Made by a program: the position numbers and the translations under genes | NCBI GenBank assembly: GCA_002269645.1 | Contig: NIVC01000152.1 | Coordinates: forward strand, 62,001 to 126,000 | DNA length: 64,000 nucleotides | Direction of reading: 5' to 3' | From: Macrostomum lignano | Taxonomy: Eukaryota | Shown here: in pieces, positions 56,505 to 64,000 of the stretch | Layout: each line of letters begins with the position of its first letter | How positions within the stretch are numbered: position 1 is the first letter of the stretch | The notes under the pieces: model-generated | Databases searched by the model: none | What the model was told of the DNA's origin: nothing | Seen by the model: the letters and a program-made list of their open reading frames with translations, nothing else

Positions 56505-58075
56505 ACTATCTGACTGACACAGACTCTCTGTCTGACTGACATAGCCTCACTGTCTGACTGACACAGCTCACTGTCTGACTGACACAGCTCACTGTCTGAC
56601 TGACACAGACTCTCTGTCTGACTGACATAGCCTCACTGTCTGACTGACACAGCTCACTGTCTGACTGACACAGCTCACTGTCTAACTGACACAGCCTCAC
56701 TGTCTGACTGACACAGCTCACTGTCTGGCTGACACAGCTCACTATCTGACTGACACAGCTCACTGTCTGGCTGACACAGCTCACTATCTGACTGACACAG
56801 CCACAATATCTGACCCACAGCAGCCAAAATACTGACCCACCGCAGCCACAATGCCTGACCCACAGCAGCCACAATGCTGACCCACAGCAGCCACAATGCT
56901 GACCCACAGAAGCCACACTGCTGACCCACCGCAGCCACAATGCTGACCCACCGCAGCCACAATGCTGATCCACAGCAGCCAAAATGCCTGACCCACAGCA
57001 GCCACAATGCTGACCCACAGCAGCCACAATGCTGACCCACCGCAGCCACAATGCTGACCCACAGCAGCCACAATGCTGACCCACAGCAGCCACAATGCTG
57101 ACCCACAGCAGCCACAATGCTGACCCACAGCAGCCACAATGCTGACCCACAGCAGCCACAATGCTGACCCACAGCAGCCACAATGCTGACCCACAGCAGC
57201 CACAATGCTGACCCACAGCAGCCACAATGCTGACCCACAGAAGCCACACTGCTGACCCACAGCAGCCACAATGCTGACCCACAGAAGCCACAATGCTGAC
57301 CCACAGAAGCCACACTGCTGACCCACCGCAGCCACAATGCTGACCCACAGCAGCCACAATGCTGAACCACAGCAGCCACAATGCTGATCCACAGCAGCCA
57401 AAATGCCTGACCCACAGCAGCCACAATGCTGACCCACAGCAGCCACAATGCTGACCCACAGCAGCCACAATGCTGACCCACAGCAGCCACAATGCTGACC
57501 CACAGCAGCCACAATGCTGACCCACCGCAGCCACAATGCTGACCCACAGCAGCCACAATGCTGACCCACAGAAGCCACACTGCTGACCCACCGCAGCCAC
57601 AATGCTGACCCACAGCAGCCACAATGCTGACCCACAGAAGCCACAATGCTGATCCACAGCAGCCAAAATGCCTGACCCACAGCAGCCACAATGCTGACCC
57701 ACAGCAGCCACAATGCTGACCCACAGCAGCCACAATGCTGACCCACAGCAGCCACAATGCTGACCCACAGCAGCCACAATGCTGACCCACAGAAGCCACA
57801 ATGCTGACCCACAGCAGCCACAATGCTGACCCACAGCAGCCACAATGCTGACCCACAGCAGCCACAATGCTGACCCACAGCAGCCACAATGCTGACCCAC
57901 AGCAGCCACAATGCTGACCCACAGCAGCCACAATGCTGACCCACCGCAGCCACAATGCTGACCCACAGCAGCCACAATGCTGACCCACAGAAGCCACAAT
58001 GCTGACCCACAGCAGCCACAATGCTGACCCACAGCAGCCACAATGCTGACCCACAGAAGCCACAATGCTGACCCA
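56505..58075. repeat. 21-bp array (ctgactgacacagctcactgt) followed by a 22-bp array (cacaatgctgacccacagcagc)
   Basis: About 55 units of the 22-mer end at the DEG/ENaC ATG. Confidence 0.95.
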
Positions 58076-61000
58076 CACCGCAAAGCGCCAGCGTCGCCGA
58101 CGCCGACTTCGCGACTTCCTTCGCGCCCACCTGGCCGGCAGCAGCCTGCACGCCGTCGCGCATGTCGCCGACTCCGAGCGGAGCCCGGCCCGCCGAGCCC
58201 TCTGGACCCTCCTGCTGGCCGCCGCCGCTGCCGGCCTCGCCCTGACCGTGGCGCCGCTGGCAGTCAGATTCGGCGCCAATCGCCTGGCCGAGAAGTACCA
58301 ATCGGACATTTCTGACGCCGATTTCGAATTCCCCGACGTGTACCTGTGCCCCGACTACCCCTACTCGGGCAGCATACCGTACACTCTTGGCCAGGCCGAA
58401 GCCGGACTGCTCAATGCCGAGATCGATCGGGCCGGCTCAGTGCTGGACGCCTGGGAGGCAGCGGCCGCGAGCTCGGGAGCGCTGGACCCGGTGCAGTGGG
58501 AACGGCAGGCCCTGGCGGCCAGGGTGGCCTTCACCCGGGCCACAGTCAGGCTGGACCTGCTGAACCGCTACCTGCTGCAGACAGCCGCCCAGTCGGTGCC
58601 GCTCAGCTGGCTGTCTATCGGCGACGGCGGAAGCGACGACGACGGAGACGGCGATGGAGGCGCCGACGGTGCCGTGAAGCTGCCGGTCCGAGTGGAGTCG
58701 TTTGCCGCCTCCTTTAACCAGAAGGTCAGAAGGGTGGCGCTGCGGGGTTGACCCGGTTGTTTGTTTGTTTATTTGTTTACTTAACTGCCTACTTGCCGCA
58801 TAGCAAGCGAGTAGTGAGAAGAGGAAGTTAGCCGCTCTTGTCAAAAGTGCCAGAGTATCTGAAACTCAAGATCAAATGTGTCAACATGGCAGCCAGTCCT
58901 TATCTATGTTCCTATCCTTATCCTTATCTACACCTGACCAGTGTCATTATCTCTAGATGAGTGTCATTATCTCTAGATGAGTGTCATTATCTCTAGATGA
59001 GTGTCATTATCTCTAGATGAGTGTCATTATCTCTAGATGAGTGTCATTATCTCTAGATGAGTGTCATTATCTCTAGATGAGTGTCATTATCTTTAGATGA
59101 GTGTCATTATCTCTAGATAAGTGTCATTATCTCTAGATGAATGTATTTATCTCAAGATGAGTGTCATTATCTCTAGATGAGTGTCATTGTCTCTAGATGA
59201 GTGTCATTATCTCTAGATGAGTGTCATTATCTCTAGATGAGTGTCATTATCTCTAGATAAGTGTCATTATCTCTAGGTGAGTGCCACTATCTCCAGATGA
59301 GTGTCATTATCTCCAGATGAGTGCAATTATCTCTAGATAGGTGTCATCTGGATAGATGAATCTTAAAGTCTCTAGGTGAATCTTGAAGTCTCTAGGTGAA
59401 TCTTGAAGTCTCTAGGTGAATCTTGAAGTCTCTAGGTGAATTTCAGAGTCTCTAGACTGATCCCAGAGTCTAGATGGATCCTCAAGTCTCTAGATGTATC
59501 ACTCATCTCTAGATGAGTTTCATTAAATCTCTAGATGTGCGCCAGCGTCATAGATAGATGCCCAATATCTACAAATGAGTTCCAGAATTCCAAGTTAAGT
59601 CTCAGAATTCCAAGGAGCTGCTCAGCAGTAAACGCGTCTCTGACTCTCGCGCCACAACCCCGTGCGCGGCCGCATTCATTTGGGCACGAAAATATGGTAT
59701 TAGCTGACGGCTTTTCGTGCGATTCACACCCACGAAGGCCAACCCCCAAGGCACAGAGAGTCGATTAGAAAGTCAGGGCCGCTGTACACCCTGTGGGGAG
59801 CTCGGAGACCATACCCTCCTCAATTCCGCAGATCTGCTTCAAGCCGGACCTGACCCCGGCAGCCCGCCTGACCTCCCAGCGCCAGCCCGGACTCCGCCTG
59901 CGCCTCATACTGCTGACCGATCCCTACTTCGCCGATTTCAAATACTCCGGCACTCCGATAAAGTACATCACCATCAAAGCCAAATCCAGCGTCCGCCAGC
60001 CGCCCAGCCGGCCCCTGGAGGAGCGGGAGCGCCAGTTCCTTCGCTCCAACGCTTTCACCCTGGTGCTGGTGCCACCTGGCGCATACCCGTCCATGGAGCA
60101 CGAGGAGACCATGCAGCTATCGCCCGGCAACCACTACAGGGTCAATCTGCATATGGAGCGCCGTCAGCTGGCGCCGCCGCACTGTCAGGCCGGCGACTTG
60201 TTGGCGCCGGAGGTGCGCCGGGACCCGGTGAGCGGCGCGGCGCACCACTACCGGCGCAGCCTGGCGGCCTGTCTGGACCGGCGCGCGGCCGAAAATGCCA
60301 TACGAAGGCGCGGCTGCCAGCCGTCAAATCTGCCGCTACTTTGGCGGCACCGCCGGCTGCCCAGGTGCGGCAACCTGTCGGAGATGCCGCCAGCCGAGGC
60401 CTACAAAGACTTCCTGAGTCGCAGAGCCAATCGGGCGAATCTCAGCTTGGCTGTTGAGCTGCTCAGAGAACAAGGCGAAGCCCTGGTTGCCTGCCAGCTG
60501 GAGCAGCCGTGCGACTCAGTGCACTACAGGGTGCAGTATTCGTTCGGCCAGTGGCCCAGCGTGGCCACCTCAGCGGTGGCTCATTTCGCTAACTGGAATC
60601 GCCGGAGTGCGGGCAACTTCAGCCTGGAGGCCACGCCAGCCCTGAAACAGCTGCAGGAGCTGGCGAGGAGAATTGATTCGGGTAGGCCGGGGCTGGTTCT
60701 GAGGCTCCGGGGTCCATCTAGAGACTCTGGGATCCATCTAGAGACTGTGATTCATCTAAAGACTTTAGGATCCATCTTGACTCTTGACTTCAGCTGGAGA
60801 CTCTGAGATTCATATTGAGAGTCTGGGATTCTTCTAGAGACTCCGGAATCCATCCAGAGAGTCTGGGATCCATCGAGAGAGTCTGGGATCCATCTAGAGA
60901 CTCTGAGATCCATCTAGAGACTCTGGGATCCATCTAGAGACTCTGGGATCCATCCAGAGAGTCTGGGATCCATCGAGAGAGTCTGGGATCCATCTAGAGA

Positions 61001-62277
61001 CTCTGATATCCATCTAGAGACTCCGGAATCCATCCAGAGAGTCTGGGATCCATCCAGAGAGTCTGGGATCCATTTAAAGAGTCTGGGATCCATCTAAAGA
61101 CTCTGAGATCCATCTAGAGACTCTGAGATCCATCTAGAGACTCTGGGATCCATCCAGAGAGTCTGGGATCCATCGAGAGAGTCTGGGATCCATCTAAAGA
61201 CTCTGGGATCCATCTAGAGAGTCTGGGATCCATCGCGAGACTCTGAGATCCATCTAGAGACTCTGGGATCCATCGAGGGAGTCTGGGATCCATCTAAAGA
61301 CTCTGAGATCCATCTAGAGAGTCTGGGATCCATCTAGAGAGTCTGGGATCCATCTAGAGAGTCTGGGATCCATCGCAAGACTCTGGGAACCATCGAGGGA
61401 GTCTGGGATCCATCTAGAGACTCTGAGATCCATCTAGAGACTCTGGGATCCATCTAGAGAGTCTGGGATCCATTGCGAGACTCTGGGATTCATCTAGAGA
61501 GTCTGGAATCCATCTAGAGACTCTGGGATCTATCTAGAGAGTCTGGGATCCATCTAGAGACTCTGAGATTCATCTAGAGTCTGGGATTCAGCAAGAGAGC
61601 CTGGGATTCATTTTGAGACTTTGGGATCTATATAGAGAGTCTTCTGGGATCCATCTAGAGTGTTTGGGATCCATCGAGAGACTCTTGGATCCAGCTGGAG
61701 ACTCTGGAATATGATTTAACACATGTAAATGCCAAATTTATGTTCATTAAACAGACGGAAAGTACATCTTAAGCATGAGCTCTTGAGCAAGCACGCACAC
61801 ACATCTCTTGCTCTTTTCTCTCTCCCTCACAAAAACACCGCAGTCTATCATTCCGCTCACGATGAGGCGGTGTTCCGCGCGTTCACCCGCGACAGCCTGA
61901 TCATGCTGGACATTGGGCCGGCCGGTAGCGGCTCCGGTCTGGTGACTCTCGACTGGGACTACCCGGCTGCCTCGTTTCTAGCCGACCTTGGCGGATTGCT
62001 CGGCCTGTGGCTCGGGTGCAGCCTGCTGACCATCTTCGAGGCCGTCGACTTGCTGATGGCGCTGTGCGCGGCCAGCCGGCCGGTCCGCTGGAGCGAACAG
62101 CAGCCGGCCGCTGCGCCCGCCATCACGGCCGCCGTACACGCTCCTGCCGGTCCCAACGGCGCTGGCAATGACACGGCTGTCATCATCGGGCTTGGAGAGC
62201 AGGCCCGGGGGAACAGGTCACATCGGCCAGGGGAGCGGCGATGGACCAGACAGCAACTTAACGGCTCGGGACGATAA
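58065..62277 (+). CDS. DEG/ENaC (amiloride-sensitive) channel subunit, ~647 aa; join(58065..58724,59832..60681,61844..62277)
   Basis: Pre-M1 SSLHAVAHV; TM1 RRALWTLLL; FPDVYLC; K|ICFK; GLRL; thumb Cys; QPCDSVHY..WP; TM2 FLADLGGLLGLWLGCSLLTIFE. In-phase junctions (1944 nt). Confidence 0.88.
58940..59520. repeat. 20-bp minisatellite (gtgtcattatctctagatga) and a derived tail in DEG/ENaC intron 1
   Basis: About 20 units with a TCTAGA core. Confidence 0.95.
59690..59800 (+). mobile_element. Truncated copy of dispersed repeat family A
   Basis: ggccaacccccaaggcacagagagtcgattagaaagtcagggccgctgtacaccctgtgg. Confidence 0.65.
60715..61705. repeat. 20-bp minisatellite (ctctgggatccatctagaga) in DEG/ENaC intron 2
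   Basis: About 48 units with GGATCC and TCTAGA palindromes. Confidence 0.95.
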
Positions 62278-62284
62278 CTGTTTT

Positions 62285-62730
62285 GAGGGCCTTAGCAACT
62301 CAGTGTGATTGATTAGCTTGAATACGGACTTTAGCAACTCCGCGTGATTGATTATAATAACCTTGGATACGGACCTTAGCAACTCTGTGTGATTGATTAT
62401 AATTACATTGGATACGGACCTTAGCAACTCCGTGTGATGGATTCTACTCGTAATTACAATGAATACGGACCTTAGCAACTCCGTGTGATCGATTACCTTG
62501 GATACGGACCTTAGCAACTCCGTGTGATTGATTAGCTTGAATACGGACTTTAGCAACTCCGCGTGATTGATTATAATAACCTTGGATACGGACCTTAGCA
62601 ACTCTGTGTGATTGATTATAATTACATTGGATACGGACCTTAGCAACTCCGTGTGATGGATTCTACTCGTAATTACAATGAATACGGACCTCAGCAACTC
62701 CGTGTGATCGATTACCTTGGATACGGACCA
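62285..62730. repeat. ~43-bp subunits in a 219-bp higher-order duplication, 3' of DEG/ENaC
   Basis: 73-aa periodicity in the minus-strand ORF; ggaccttagcaactcc core. Confidence 0.9.
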
Positions 62731-63564
62731 AGCGTCGAACATTCGGTTGCACATAAGCATATGAAATTGGCCTTCATTATTTGTTATGCTAGCTGCTAGC
62801 TACGACTAAAAATTTAAAGGCCGGTACTCGCAACCATTTTTACTCTAACGAATCTCATGGGTTGAGATTTAGATTTCTGTAGCCAAACCCTTTTTGTCAT
62901 TGTAAATTTATAATACAAAATATTATCAAAGTTTTTAAAAAGAAGAATTTTAGTTTGTAAGTCTGCTAATCAATCATATATTTGGATATTCAAGGATATT
63001 CCCTGTACAGACACGGTGGCAGAGCAATATGAAAACACGTTTTATTTAGAAAAATATACAAATAAAATATTAATTGGAAGTGGCACAAATATCGCTTATG
63101 TACACGGGGCCGACTAATAAAGTTAATAATACGAAACTGGCTGAGAGAATTTGGATTTTAATCAATTTCTATCTCTCATTAGCGCGCATACTGAGTCAAT
63201 TAGGTAAATCATATTGGCCAGGCAAATTAGACATTACTCATAGTTGCAAATTGACACAGGAACGAATGAAAACACAATGCCACGATTCTGCATTTACATG
63301 CTAATATAGGCTTATAAGCATTATTGAAGTTTCTTAGCTTTAATCAATACAATACTACTATCTAATTGCCTTATGACGGTACTAGCAGTAGAATGTGTGG
63401 ATTAGACACGATTTTATGCTGTCAATTTACTGAAAAATCGTATTATGTCGCTGGCCTTATACTGACCTTAGGAAGATAAGTTGTACTGGACTAAAAACTA
63501 TACTGCGGCTATATACTCGCATGCAGGTGTAAATCTATTGCTTAAATTCAAGTGTTCTATTCAC

Positions 63565-63960
63565 TGAAACAGGTGGGATATCGGCAAAACACATTGGAGA
63601 GACATAGGGATATCGAAAACCCGCACTGAGACTGGGAGGATATCGGCAACCCACACTGAGACAGGGGGCATCGGCAACCCACAGCGAGACTGTAGGAATA
63701 TCGGCAAAACACATTGGAGAGACATAGGGATATCGAAAACCCGCACTGAGACAGGTGGGATATCGGCAACCCACATTGGAGACATAGGGATATCGAAAAC
63801 CCGCACTGAGACAGGTGGGATATCGGCAACCCACATTGGAGACATAGGGATATCGAAAACCCGCACTGAGACAGGTGGGATATCGGCAACCCTCACTGAG
63901 ACAGGTGGGCTATCGGCAACCCTCACTGAGACAGGTGGGATATCAGCAACCCACAGTCGG
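63565..63960. repeat. 60-bp (2 x ~30) tandem repeat
   Basis: Sequence lines 63721 and 63781 are identical. Confidence 0.9.
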
Positions 63961-64000
63961 TCACAGACAGGCTACTTAGCGGGACCGGATGCATTGGAGT

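Overview
Eukaryotic (animal) genomic DNA. GC/CAG-rich spliced genes are separated, and their introns filled, by many micro- and minisatellite arrays. The style, together with an NPF-type neuropeptide gene, suggests a free-living flatworm such as Macrostomum (inference only). I built these gene models by hand with in-phase GT-AG junctions: FBXO36-like F-box (+), a single-exon Q/FG-rich protein ending in a PARP4-type MVP-interaction (MINT/INT) domain (+), an NPF/NPY precursor (-), a DH-only RhoGEF (-), a Crypton-type tyrosine recombinase (+), a divergent 12-exon ionotropic glutamate receptor (+), a METTL27-like methyltransferase (+), a PHLDB/LL5-like coiled-coil+PH protein (+) and a DEG/ENaC channel (+). 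Non-coding items are a tRNA-derived CORE-like SINE, a second dispersed structured repeat family and a Penelope-type minimal hammerhead ribozyme. The top candidate for a new system is the apparently stand-alone vault-targeting (MINT) protein, which has no PARP, VIT or vWA domain and carries FG/polyQ low-complexity sequence. Most long ORFs in the six-frame track are tandem-repeat artefacts. There is no CRISPR array and no rRNA. All homology calls come from recalled motifs, not database searches.
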